DNA of 31,336 nt, from the NCBI GenBank assembly GCA_003345595.1, contig PRDI01000020.1, positions 1 through 31,336 of the forward strand. The letters are read 5' to 3'. Made by a program: the position numbers and the translations under genes. Position 1 is the stretch's first letter. Every line of letters begins with the position of its first letter. The notes beneath the pieces are model-generated. The model made no database searches and had not been told where the DNA came from. It saw only the letters and a program-made list of their open reading frames with translations. This DNA comes from Candidatus Thorarchaeota archaeon. GTDB taxonomy: Archaea; Asgardarchaeota; Thorarchaeia; Thorarchaeales; Thorarchaeaceae. Below are positions 8,896-17,237 of this stretch, piece after piece.

Positions 8896-9315
8896 ATGGT
8901 GCATATTCAGTGGGTTGTGAGTCCAATGCCAATTGTTGAACTTGTCGCCAAAAGGACACTTGAATCAAACCCCGACATCGGTCTCAGTATCGTTGATCTG
9001 ATCGTGCTTCTGTGGCTGTTCACCAATCCCTATGATAGCAATCGCCGTCAGCTCAGCAGCATGAAGGCAGTCCTCAGAATGTGCGAGGCAATGCAGACGC
9101 CGGGGAAGGGTTTTGAGATGTCAGACGAGGAGTTGACACAGATTGTCTTGGGTAGCCTTCAGAACCTGCGACAGCATGGCCTCGTTTACGTTTTGTCTGC
9201 CGGAGTCCACTTTGTGAAGGCAACACTGACGGAGGCAGGTGTTGATCTGGTTCACAAGTCAGTGAAACGTTCAGCCCTGCGTAGAGTGACAGCGGAGTTT
9301 GGCGACAACCCTTGA
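8896..9315 (+). CDS. Hypothetical winged-helix protein
   Basis: SLQNLRQHGLV...ATLTEAG is a typical wHTH wing signature; 18 nt after the previous gene. Confidence 0.6.
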   Translation: MVHIQWVVSPMPIVELVAKRTLESNPDIGLSIVDLIVLLWLFTNPYDSNRRQLSSMKAVLRMCEAMQTPGKGFEMSDEELTQIVLGSLQNLRQHGLVYVLSAGVHFVKATLTEAGVDLVHKSVKRSALRRVTAEFGDNP

Positions 9316-9369
9316 CCATTCAGTCCAAGAACCGACAGGATGACCAAGTAGGAGTTCGCCAAGTGACAA

Positions 9370-9379
9370 TGTTTAAAAG
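9370..9379 (+). promoter_or_regulatory. TATA-box-like promoter element for the rpl22 operon (TGTTTAAAAG)
   Basis: Same TGTTTAAA core recurs before secY and rpl34e. Confidence 0.55.
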
Positions 9380-9593
9380 ATGAACCGGTCGCGGACTGTC
9401 AGTCGCTCTCTGAAACGACTGCTTCGGGGCTTCGGAGCCAGTGCAGGCCTCTGGTTCTGCTCGCGAGAACGGTCTGCAGACGTGTGCCGGTGAAGTCTTG
9501 GAGTGGTCTGTTGAGCGCGCAAACTCGCTGACAACGTGCAGGCAATTGACTGCGATGCGTTGACAGTAATCGCCACACCGGAAGTGAAGTACG

Positions 9594-10058
9594 ATGCCGA
9601 CCTATCGATACTCCATACTCGGGCTTGACCCCGACAAGACAGCTATAGCTAGCGGTAGGAACATGCGATGCTCCCCGAAGCACTCTAGGGAGATCTGCAA
9701 GACTATCCGAGGCATGATGCTCGATAAGGCAATCGAACTCCTTGAGAGTGTGGCCGAGCAGAAAGCATGGATTCCATATAGACGCTTCAGCAAGGGAAGG
9801 GGACATCACGCAGCGATGAAGAAGTGGCCCATTGGAGGACACCCGGTGAATGCGGCAACTCAGATTCTCAGAGTCTTGAAGAATGCGGAGAGCAATGCAG
9901 ACAGCAAGGGCCTCGATATTGACAGGCTCAAGATCGTGCATGCAGTCACCCAGAAGGGCAGGGTATTCGAGAACTTCATACCGCGGGCCTTCGGAAGGAG
10001 CTCCGCCTATAACGAACAATCGTCCCATGTCGAGATTGTGCTTGAGGAGGTAGGATAA
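9594..10058 (+). CDS. rpl22: 50S ribosomal protein uL22
   Basis: SPKHSREIC, LKNAESNA, PRAFGRSS, SHVEIVL. Confidence 0.97.
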   Translation: MPTYRYSILGLDPDKTAIASGRNMRCSPKHSREICKTIRGMMLDKAIELLESVAEQKAWIPYRRFSKGRGHHAAMKKWPIGGHPVNAATQILRVLKNAESNADSKGLDIDRLKIVHAVTQKGRVFENFIPRAFGRSSAYNEQSSHVEIVLEEVG

Positions 10059-10958
10059 GTGTCTGCAATCAAGTATTTCATTGAACAAAACACACGCAAG
10101 CTCAAGATCGACGAGTTCTTGGCGAAGGAGCTCAACGCTGCGGGGTACGGTGGTGTCGAGATCAGAAAAATGCCGATGAGAACAGAAGTTGTGATCCAGG
10201 CGTCTCGACCCGGAGTCGTGATTGGCCGCCGTGGGGCCAAGATCAGAGACCTCAGCTACGCACTCGAAACGGAGTATGGAATCGACAACGTCCAAGTCGA
10301 AGTAACTGAGATCGAAAACCCATGGCTCAATGCTCAGGTAATGGCATCGAAACTGGCAAGGCAGCTCGAGCACGGAGTGCGTTACCGTAGAATGGCCTAC
10401 TGGATTCTCAGACGAGTCATGCGAGCAGGAGCACTCGGCTGTGAGATAATCGTGAAAGGCAAACTCGGCAGCAGACGAGCCAGATACCAGAAGTTCAGAG
10501 AGGCCACTGTCGCAAAGACAGGACGACCCTCAGAGCTCTTCGTTGATGAGGCAAATGATTTTGCAGTTCTCAAGCCTGGCACGATTGGCGTCAAGGTCCG
10601 AATAATGCGTCCAGATGCCAAGATACCGGGCATCATCCATGTGAAGAAGCCAAAAGCCAAGAAGCCAATGGAAGCCGCGGCCGCAGGACAGAGAGCGGAA
10701 GGTGCGGAAGAACAGGCCGAGGCAATTGAGGAAGGCCTAGAAGGAATTACAGACATCGAGGAACTGCGCGAACTCGAGGAACTCGATGGGCTGGAACTGG
10801 TCGAGGGGAAGGACAAGGAGAAGAAACCGCCAAAACCGGAACGGGAGAAGCCTCCCACAGTCCATGAGGAAACCCCGGCAACCACTACCGGCACCGAGAA
10901 GGATGAAACAGTAGACGACCTCGATGAGCTGGACTCCCTTGACGAAGAGGAGGGGTGA
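10059..10958 (+). CDS. rps3: 30S ribosomal protein uS3 with long acidic C-terminal extension
   Basis: KH domain RPGVVIGRRG, GALGCEIIVKGKL, GTIGVKVRIM; GTG start. Confidence 0.97.
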   Translation: MSAIKYFIEQNTRKLKIDEFLAKELNAAGYGGVEIRKMPMRTEVVIQASRPGVVIGRRGAKIRDLSYALETEYGIDNVQVEVTEIENPWLNAQVMASKLARQLEHGVRYRRMAYWILRRVMRAGALGCEIIVKGKLGSRRARYQKFREATVAKTGRPSELFVDEANDFAVLKPGTIGVKVRIMRPDAKIPGIIHVKKPKAKKPMEAAAAGQRAEGAEEQAEAIEEGLEGITDIEELRELEELDGLELVEGKDKEKKPPKPEREKPPTVHEETPATTTGTEKDETVDDLDELDSLDEEEG

Positions 10959-10961
10959 AAG

Positions 10962-11174
10962 ATGGCAAGACTGACACCCAAGGACATCAGAAAGCTGACT
11001 CTCCCGGAGCGCCAGAAGAAACTCGATGATCTCTACAACGAGTTGACAAACGTTCGAATCCAGCTGTCGACTGGCGGTGGAACTGAGAACCCACACAGGA
11101 CGCGCTCTGTGAGAAAAGCTATAGCACGTGTCAAGACGGTCCAACGCGAAGAGGAGATGGGGGGCAGACAATGA
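10962..11174 (+). CDS. rpl29: 50S ribosomal protein uL29
   Basis: ENPHRTRSVRKAIARVKT; operon position. Confidence 0.95.
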   Translation: MARLTPKDIRKLTLPERQKKLDDLYNELTNVRIQLSTGGGTENPHRTRSVRKAIARVKTVQREEEMGGRQ

Positions 11175-11455
11175 CAATCACGGCCAGAAACCTAGTCCGA
11201 CACGAACTCGTAGGTATGAGCGTGCATGTTGTCAGCTCGAGTGACCCGGGCCTTGTGTGCAGAAGAGGAACAGTAATCGATGAGTCAAAGGAAACCATTC
11301 GACTTGACACGGGTACACAGGAAATCACTCTGCCAAAGAGGGTATGCGTACTGAGCATGACGTTGCCTAGCGGCGAAGTCGTCAATGTTGATGGCAGAGT
11401 GCTCAGAGGACGGCCCGAAGAGCGAGTCAAGAGGTCCCCAAGGAGGAAGCTGTGA
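11171..11455 (+). CDS. rnp1: RNase P protein component 1 (Rpp29/Pop4)
   Basis: HELVG, GTVIDESK, VDGRVLRGRPEERVK; conserved position between rpl29 and rps17. Confidence 0.93.
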   Translation: MTITARNLVRHELVGMSVHVVSSSDPGLVCRRGTVIDESKETIRLDTGTQEITLPKRVCVLSMTLPSGEVVNVDGRVLRGRPEERVKRSPRRKL

Positions 11456-11823
11456 AGATGCCAAAAACCACTCAGAAGGTACGTAACATAGGCGTCGCCG
11501 GGATAGAGCCACCTGAGAAGACTTGTACGGATCAGCAGTGTCCATTCCATGGGAGCCTTCCGATTAGAGGTCGGTTCATGCAGGGCGTAGTAACCAGTAC
11601 TGAAATGCACGATGCACTCACATTCAGAACGGACTATCTCAGCCTTGTGAAGAAGTACACACGGTATGAGCGTCGTAGGTCAAAGAAGCATGCTCACCTC
11701 CCACAGTGCATGGAAGCACAAGTGGGAGACATCGTGAAGGTGGCGGAGTGCCGTCCATTGAGCAAGACAATCAGATGTGTCGTCATCTCAGTGACGCGAC
11801 CGGGAACCACTGAGGAGGAATAG
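11452..11823 (+). CDS. rps17: 30S ribosomal protein uS17
   Basis: CPFHGSLPIRG, KYTRYERR, ECRPLSKT. Confidence 0.97.
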   Translation: MKMPKTTQKVRNIGVAGIEPPEKTCTDQQCPFHGSLPIRGRFMQGVVTSTEMHDALTFRTDYLSLVKKYTRYERRRSKKHAHLPQCMEAQVGDIVKVAECRPLSKTIRCVVISVTRPGTTEEE

Positions 11824-12249
11824 ATGGTGTCGAGGAAGCTCACAAGAGGAATCAGGAAGTTCATTCCGAGAATCGCACGCGGACTGCCCATCGGAGCAAA
11901 GATTCTCTGTACTGACAACTCCGGTGCAAAAGAACTGCAAGTAATCACAGTCCTTGGCTACAAGGGCAAGCAGAGAAAGATAGGCAAGGCAGGCATTGGA
12001 GACCGCATCAACGTTTCAGTCACAAAGGGCAAGCAAGAACTGAGGAAACAGGTTCTCCAAGCGATTGTGGTGAGACAGAAGAAACCCTTCCGTAGACCTG
12101 ATGGGACGTGGATACAGTTCGAAGACAATGCGGCGGTCCTGGTAAAGATTGGCGGAGAGCCTCAGGGTTCAGAGCTGAGGGGACCGATGGCGAGAGAAGT
12201 CACCCTGAAATGGCCCCGAGTGGCAGCCATAGCTTCAAAGATAGTCTGA
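11824..12249 (+). CDS. rpl14: 50S ribosomal protein uL14
   Basis: DNSGAK, RRPDG..FEDNAAV, GPMAREV. Confidence 0.97.
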   Translation: MVSRKLTRGIRKFIPRIARGLPIGAKILCTDNSGAKELQVITVLGYKGKQRKIGKAGIGDRINVSVTKGKQELRKQVLQAIVVRQKKPFRRPDGTWIQFEDNAAVLVKIGGEPQGSELRGPMAREVTLKWPRVAAIASKIV

Positions 12250-12260
12250 GGTGTGTCAAG

Positions 12261-12647
12261 ATGACGAACAGGGTGAGTTCAAAGTCGCCGCGAAAGCAGC
12301 GTAGCTTCCAGCGTGAGTCGCCACAACATGTGCACAGGAGGATGCTCAAGTGCCGACTCGATGATCTGCTCAGAGAGGAGTACGGATTCCGCTCACTGGC
12401 AGTGAAGAAAGGAGATCTCGTACGCATCATGAGAGGACAGTTCCGAGACACTGAGGGCAAGGTGACGGGTGTCGACTATCGAGCAGTCAGAGTCTATGTC
12501 GACGCTGCATCCACAACGAAGTCTGACGGCAAGGAGGCGCGCGTGCCAGTCAGTCCTTCGAACCTGATGCTCGTCAAGCTGGAACTGAACGATGAGAGGA
12601 AGAAGTACATCGAGCGCAAGCTCGCCAAGACAGCGGAGAGTGAGTAG
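12261..12647 (+). CDS. rpl24: 50S ribosomal protein uL24
   Basis: SPRKQR, KOW motif VKKGDLVRIMRGQF, PSNLM; start ATG 12261 after GAGGTG. Confidence 0.96.
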   Translation: MTNRVSSKSPRKQRSFQRESPQHVHRRMLKCRLDDLLREEYGFRSLAVKKGDLVRIMRGQFRDTEGKVTGVDYRAVRVYVDAASTTKSDGKEARVPVSPSNLMLVKLELNDERKKYIERKLAKTAESE

Positions 12648-13403
12648 ATGACAAGAGGAGGTCAGAAGAAGCACCTCAAGCGTCTGCCAGCACCAGCACA
12701 CTGGCCAATCAAGAGGAAGGAATCGAAGTTTACAACGAGACCCATTCCGGGGCCCCATCCAAAGGAAGACTGTTTCACTCTCGCCATTCTCCTCAGAGAG
12801 ATGCTCGGCTATGCAGACAACATGCAGGAAGTGAGGAGGATTCTGTCAGCGGGCGAACTGTTCGTCGATGGCAGACCACGCAGAGACCCTCGCTACCCCG
12901 TTGGCCTTATGGATGTCATAGAGATGAAGTCCTCGGGAGAGAAGTACAGACTGCTGCCCAAGGTGCGTGGAGGACTACGCCTCGTGAGCATCGATGAATC
13001 TGAAGCAGGCTTCAAGCTGTGTCGGGTCGAGAAGAAGAAGATGGTCGCAGGAGGAAGGTTCCAGATGACTCTGCATGATGGCCGCAGTATTCTGTCCACA
13101 GAGGGAGAGAAGCCATCGGCACACCAGACTCTAGAGACTGTCAAAATCTCGATACCCGAGCAGAAAATCATCAAGACTCTGCCCCTCGCTGAGGGGGTCT
13201 ACGCAGTCGTGACCAGAGGAAAGAACATCGGCGCTGAGGGCAAGGTACTCGCGATTGACAAGCGATTCGGAACGCACGCCAGCACAGTGACACTACAGGA
13301 CTCTGCTGGTACCAAGATTCAGACTGCAATTGAGTATGTGTTTGTTCTTGGCGCTCAGAGCCCCGAGGTGAGTCTGGGCACCGCAGGAGGTCAAAGCAGT
13401 TGA
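12648..13403 (+). CDS. rps4e: 30S ribosomal protein eS4
   Basis: KHLKRLPAP, PGPH, PVGLMDVI, KLCRV, LHDGR. Confidence 0.97.
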   Translation: MTRGGQKKHLKRLPAPAHWPIKRKESKFTTRPIPGPHPKEDCFTLAILLREMLGYADNMQEVRRILSAGELFVDGRPRRDPRYPVGLMDVIEMKSSGEKYRLLPKVRGGLRLVSIDESEAGFKLCRVEKKKMVAGGRFQMTLHDGRSILSTEGEKPSAHQTLETVKISIPEQKIIKTLPLAEGVYAVVTRGKNIGAEGKVLAIDKRFGTHASTVTLQDSAGTKIQTAIEYVFVLGAQSPEVSLGTAGGQSS

Positions 13404-13996
13404 GCACTTCCAGCGAATTGATCACCACACCCAATGAACAGCTCATACTCGACGAGTGGAAGGCCTTTCCGATGCGCCAGCCTTACATCGCCAAGGTAGT
13501 TGTAGACATCTGTTCGGGTGGCGGTGAAACTCTTGAACGTGCCAGCACTGTACTCAAGAGTTTGACTGGTCAGACGCCCATTCAGTCAAGGGCTCGTCAG
13601 ACAATCAGAGACTTCGGCATAAGAAAGAAGGAACCCATCGCGGTGAGAGTCACGCTGAGGCGTGAGAAGGCCACAGATTTCCTGACAAGGGCATTGAAGG
13701 CGAAGGAAGGAGTCCTCCTGATAAAGAACTGGGACCTCGATGGCAATTTCGCCTTTGGCATAAGCGAACACATCGACATTCCTGATGTCAAGTATGACCC
13801 ACAGCTCGGAGTCCATGGCATGAACATCACCGTCTGCCTTGAACGCAACGGATTCAGAGTGAAACGACGCCGAATTCGGCGGTCCAAGGTGCCCTATCGT
13901 CACAGAGTGACGCCGGAGGAGAGTATGGTCCTCATGAAGAGGAACTTTGCAGTGGAAATCCTGGAGAAGGAAAAGGAGCGCACGTATCTGTTCTGA
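13400..13996 (+). CDS. rpl5: 50S ribosomal protein uL5
   Basis: LTGQTP, FGIRKKEPIAVRVTLR, GNFAFGISEHID, YDPQLG; TTG start. Confidence 0.97.
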   Translation: MSTSSELITTPNEQLILDEWKAFPMRQPYIAKVVVDICSGGGETLERASTVLKSLTGQTPIQSRARQTIRDFGIRKKEPIAVRVTLRREKATDFLTRALKAKEGVLLIKNWDLDGNFAFGISEHIDIPDVKYDPQLGVHGMNITVCLERNGFRVKRRRIRRSKVPYRHRVTPEESMVLMKRNFAVEILEKEKERTYLF

Positions 13997-14007
13997 GGTG
14001 AGCAAAG

Positions 14008-14178
14008 ATGAGTACGACAAAGAAGGAGCAAGTTGAGCGAAAGCGAGCTGGGAAAGGCTCCCGCACCTGCTTCAGGTGCGGCACGCATCAAGCTATCATC
14101 CGCTCATACGGACTATACATGTGCAGACGCTGTTTCAGAGAAACAGCCGTAAAGCTCGGGTTCCGCAAGTACTCCTAG
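14008..14178 (+). CDS. rps14: 30S ribosomal protein uS14 (Zn-binding)
   Basis: Below the ORF-track cutoff; manual translation [56 protein letters not shown]. Confidence 0.96.
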   Translation: MSTTKKEQVERKRAGKGSRTCFRCGTHQAIIRSYGLYMCRRCFRETAVKLGFRKYS

Positions 14179-14184
14179 GGGGTC

Positions 14185-14586
14185 ATGAAGAGAATGACAC
14201 TGCTAGATCCATTGGCTGATGCAATGTCGAGCATATACAACAGTGAGCTCATTGGAAAGCCGGAGATCATCATCGCACCGGCATCGGCCCTGCTGGGGAG
14301 GGTCCTGCAAGTCATGCAGACAAGGGGCTACATCGGAGAGTTCGAGAGAATCGATGACGGTAGGGAAGGCAGGTACCGGATACAACTCATGGGAAGGACG
14401 AACAAGTGCGGCGTGATCAGACCAAGGTTTCCTGTCAAGCGTGATGGCTTCGAGAAGTATGAGAAGAGATTCCTTCCGGCTTACAACTATGGCATACTAA
14501 TAGTGACCACACCTCAGGGTGTCATGACTCATGACGATGCTAAGAGCCGTGGAATCGGAGGAAGACTGCTCGCATTTGTGTACTAG
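14185..14586 (+). CDS. rps8: 30S ribosomal protein uS8
   Basis: [33 protein letters not shown]; start may be 14194. Confidence 0.97.
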   Translation: MKRMTLLDPLADAMSSIYNSELIGKPEIIIAPASALLGRVLQVMQTRGYIGEFERIDDGREGRYRIQLMGRTNKCGVIRPRFPVKRDGFEKYEKRFLPAYNYGILIVTTPQGVMTHDDAKSRGIGGRLLAFVY

Positions 14587-14597
14587 GAGGCCTAGCT

Positions 14598-15158
14598 ATG
14601 GTCAATGATGTCTACGAAAAGCGCATAGAGATACCAAGTACTTGCCAAGTCACTCTAAGTGACAAAACGATCACTGTTAAGGGCCCTAAGGGCACACTTG
14701 AGAGAACATTCCCCGAGCCATACGCCCACATAAAGATGGAAGGCAGTGAATTCGTAGCCAGCACAGACGTGGCCCGGAAGCGGTCAAGGGCGTTGGTGGG
14801 AACAATAGTTGCACATGTACGCAATATGCTGGTCGGAGTACAACACGGGTATGAGTATCAGCTGAAGGTTGTCTACTCCCACTTCCCAATCTCCGTAGAG
14901 GTCAAGGGCAGAGATGTGGTCGTCAAGAACCTCATCGGAGAACGAGGTCTCAGAAAGACCAGGTTGATTGGAGATGTTGAAGCGAAGGTGACCGAGGAGG
15001 ACATCACAATCACGGGAATCGACATTGAACAGGTGGCACAGAGTGCCGCCAATATTCAGAATGCCACTCGGCTCAGAAAGAAGGACAGACGTGTCTTCTT
15101 GGACGGTATCTACGTGAGCAGGAAACGCAAGGGTGAGGTCCAGAAGTCTGTTGTATAG
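14598..15158 (+). CDS. rpl6: 50S ribosomal protein uL6
   Basis: VKGPKG, YSHFP, KDRRVFLDGIY. Confidence 0.97.
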   Translation: MVNDVYEKRIEIPSTCQVTLSDKTITVKGPKGTLERTFPEPYAHIKMEGSEFVASTDVARKRSRALVGTIVAHVRNMLVGVQHGYEYQLKVVYSHFPISVEVKGRDVVVKNLIGERGLRKTRLIGDVEAKVTEEDITITGIDIEQVAQSAANIQNATRLRKKDRRVFLDGIYVSRKRKGEVQKSVV

Positions 15159-15169
15159 GAGGCGAGGTC

Positions 15170-16006
15170 ATGCCAAGAGCGTCAAAGACTGACAAGGAGA
15201 ACCCGACAGAGAAGCCTGAAGACATTTCAGAGACTGAACCAGCGAAGGAGCAGCCTAAGAAGGTCAGTACAGTCCGGAAGAAGGCAGCTTCGAAGAAGGA
15301 TGAAGCGAAGCCTGTCACCGAAACTGTAACCCAAAAGACTGCTGTCGGGGCTGAGAAGCCGAAGAGAGCTCCTAGAAAGAAGGCTGCTGCAAAGGTCGAA
15401 GTGGCCGAGAAGGCACCTGCCAAGAAGAAAGCCCCCGAGCCAGAAGCTGAGGTCACAAAACCACCAGTCCGGAAGAGTAAGCCGGCAGAAGAGATAGCAG
15501 CGAAACCTACGAAGGTTAAGGCGACCAAGAAGAAAGAGGCCGAGCCGGAAGTCCCGGCAAGAAGGAGCCTAGTCCACCAGAGGATCTTCAGAATCGCTAT
15601 GGAGAAGAAGCGCAGGCTTCCAGAGTTCCGCCGCGAGAATGCCCATCGTTGGATGAAGCTGAACAACTCTTGGAGGAACGTACGAGGCAATGACAGCTTC
15701 ACACGACAGAAACGTAAGGGACGTATCGCCATGGTTGCTGCGGGATATCGTACACCAAGGTTGGCTAGGAACATTCATCCGTCAATGTACATCGAAGTGC
15801 CTGTCTGTCGTGCTACGGAACTCGAAGGGCTAGACCCTCAGATGCATGCAATACGCATTGGTGGCACTGTTGGCTTGAGAAAGCGTCAGGAGATCCTGAA
15901 GAAGGCAGATGCAATGCTTCTCAGAGTCCTCAACCCCGGCACTCCTGAGGCTGTGGGCGAGGAGGAGTTGTTCTCCGAGCTTGACACGGAGGCTGAGAAG
16001 AAATGA
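15170..16006 (+). CDS. rpl32e: 50S ribosomal protein eL32 with long Lys/Ala/Glu/Pro-rich N-terminal extension
   Basis: C-terminal half: PEFRRE, WRNVRG, GYRTP, HPS, VGLRKRQEI, RVLNP. Confidence 0.93.
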   Translation: MPRASKTDKENPTEKPEDISETEPAKEQPKKVSTVRKKAASKKDEAKPVTETVTQKTAVGAEKPKRAPRKKAAAKVEVAEKAPAKKKAPEPEAEVTKPPVRKSKPAEEIAAKPTKVKATKKKEAEPEVPARRSLVHQRIFRIAMEKKRRLPEFRRENAHRWMKLNNSWRNVRGNDSFTRQKRKGRIAMVAAGYRTPRLARNIHPSMYIEVPVCRATELEGLDPQMHAIRIGGTVGLRKRQEILKKADAMLLRVLNPGTPEAVGEEELFSELDTEAEKK

Positions 16007-16455
16007 AGCTCACCGTTCAGAAACGACTCGCTGCTGACGTAATGAAAGTAGGGACAACTAGAGTGTGGATAGACCCCAACTTTGAGGATGAAGTTTCCCT
16101 CGCAATAACCAAGGACGACGTACGACGTCTTGTCGAAGAGGGTGCCATCCAGCCTCACCAGAAGATAGGAGTCAGCAGAGGACGTGCGCGATTCCGTATA
16201 GAGCAGAAACGCAAAGGTCGAAGAAGTGGTCCGGGAGGAAAGAAAGGCAGCCAGCATGCAGTCCTGACAGGCAAGGACCGTTGGATGATGAAGATCCGAC
16301 CAATGCGTCGTGAGCTACAGAAGCTCAGAGCAGAAGGCAAGATTACACCCAGGGTCTATCGCGAACTGTACCTAAAGGCCAAGGGTAACTCATTCAGGAA
16401 CACGGCACACCTGAAAGCCCACATCGCAGAGCATAAGCTGGAGGTGTCGCGTTAA
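16003..16455 (+). CDS. rpl19e: 50S ribosomal protein eL19
   Basis: QKRLAA, RVWIDP, GVSRGR, YRELYLKAKGNSF. Confidence 0.97.
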   Translation: MKLTVQKRLAADVMKVGTTRVWIDPNFEDEVSLAITKDDVRRLVEEGAIQPHQKIGVSRGRARFRIEQKRKGRRSGPGGKKGSQHAVLTGKDRWMMKIRPMRRELQKLRAEGKITPRVYRELYLKAKGNSFRNTAHLKAHIAEHKLEVSR

Positions 16456-17231
16456 TGGCAGAAGGTCCAACATATCGGGTCAAGTTCCGAAGACGCCGAG
16501 AGGGTAAGACAGACTACTACAGGAGACGTCGCCTTCTCGTTTCTAGACGACCGCGTCTTGTCGTCAGGAAGACAAACACAAACACTATCGTTCAAGTCGT
16601 TAATGCGGAAATGGTTGGGGACAAGACACTGGCTTCTGCAGTGTCGAAGGAACTGAGAAACCACGGATGGTCATATGCGACAGCTAATCTGCCTGCCGCA
16701 TACTTGACAGGCCTCCTGGCGGGACGAAGAGCCCGAGAGAGAGGAGTGGAGTCGGCCGTACTCGACATAGGTCTGAACCCTCCGGTGAAGGGGTCAAGAG
16801 TCTATGCGGCCCTGAAGGGAGCAATCGATGCAGGTCTCCAAGTGCCTCACAATCCCGAAGTGCTCCCAGACGAAGAGAGAGTAACTGGGAAGCACATAGC
16901 CGCAGGGTACGAGCACTTCAGGGAGGACCCGGGAACAGGACACATGTTCACTCGGCTAGAAGGAGAGAAGGCAGACATCAGGTCTGTCCCGAAGCAGTTC
17001 CAGACAGTAAAGAAGAGGCTGCTAGAAATCCCTTCAGGTGAATTGAAGGTACAGAAGAAGCATGTTGCGGCGAAGGCAGGAGCGCCCCCTGCAAAGAAGG
17101 CAGTTGGGAAAGTCAAGAAGGTTAAGGTCGTTGAACGAGCCCCTCGTGCCCAGCCCACAAAGCCCAAGCCGAAGAAGCTGGTTGCTAAGGGCAAAGGGAA
17201 GAAAGGCAAAGGAACCAAGAGCAAGGGATGA
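16455..17231 (+). CDS. rpl18: 50S ribosomal protein uL18 with Lys-rich C-terminal extension
   Basis: RRRREGKTDY, PRLVVRKTN, AAYLTG, LDIGL, LKGAIDAGL. Confidence 0.97.
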   Translation: MAEGPTYRVKFRRRREGKTDYYRRRRLLVSRRPRLVVRKTNTNTIVQVVNAEMVGDKTLASAVSKELRNHGWSYATANLPAAYLTGLLAGRRARERGVESAVLDIGLNPPVKGSRVYAALKGAIDAGLQVPHNPEVLPDEERVTGKHIAAGYEHFREDPGTGHMFTRLEGEKADIRSVPKQFQTVKKRLLEIPSGELKVQKKHVAAKAGAPPAKKAVGKVKKVKVVERAPRAQPTKPKPKKLVAKGKGKKGKGTKSKG

Positions 17232-17237
17232 GCAGTA

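Noticed and set aside
9399-10373. 324-aa minus-strand ORF and other long antisense ORFs (e.g. 10397-10987, 15073-15774)
   Set aside because: Shadow frames of well-supported ribosomal protein genes with no recognisable motifs
11171-11180. No aIF1/SUI1 gene between rpl29 and rnp1
   Set aside because: Its presence at this site varies among archaea, so the absence is uninformative
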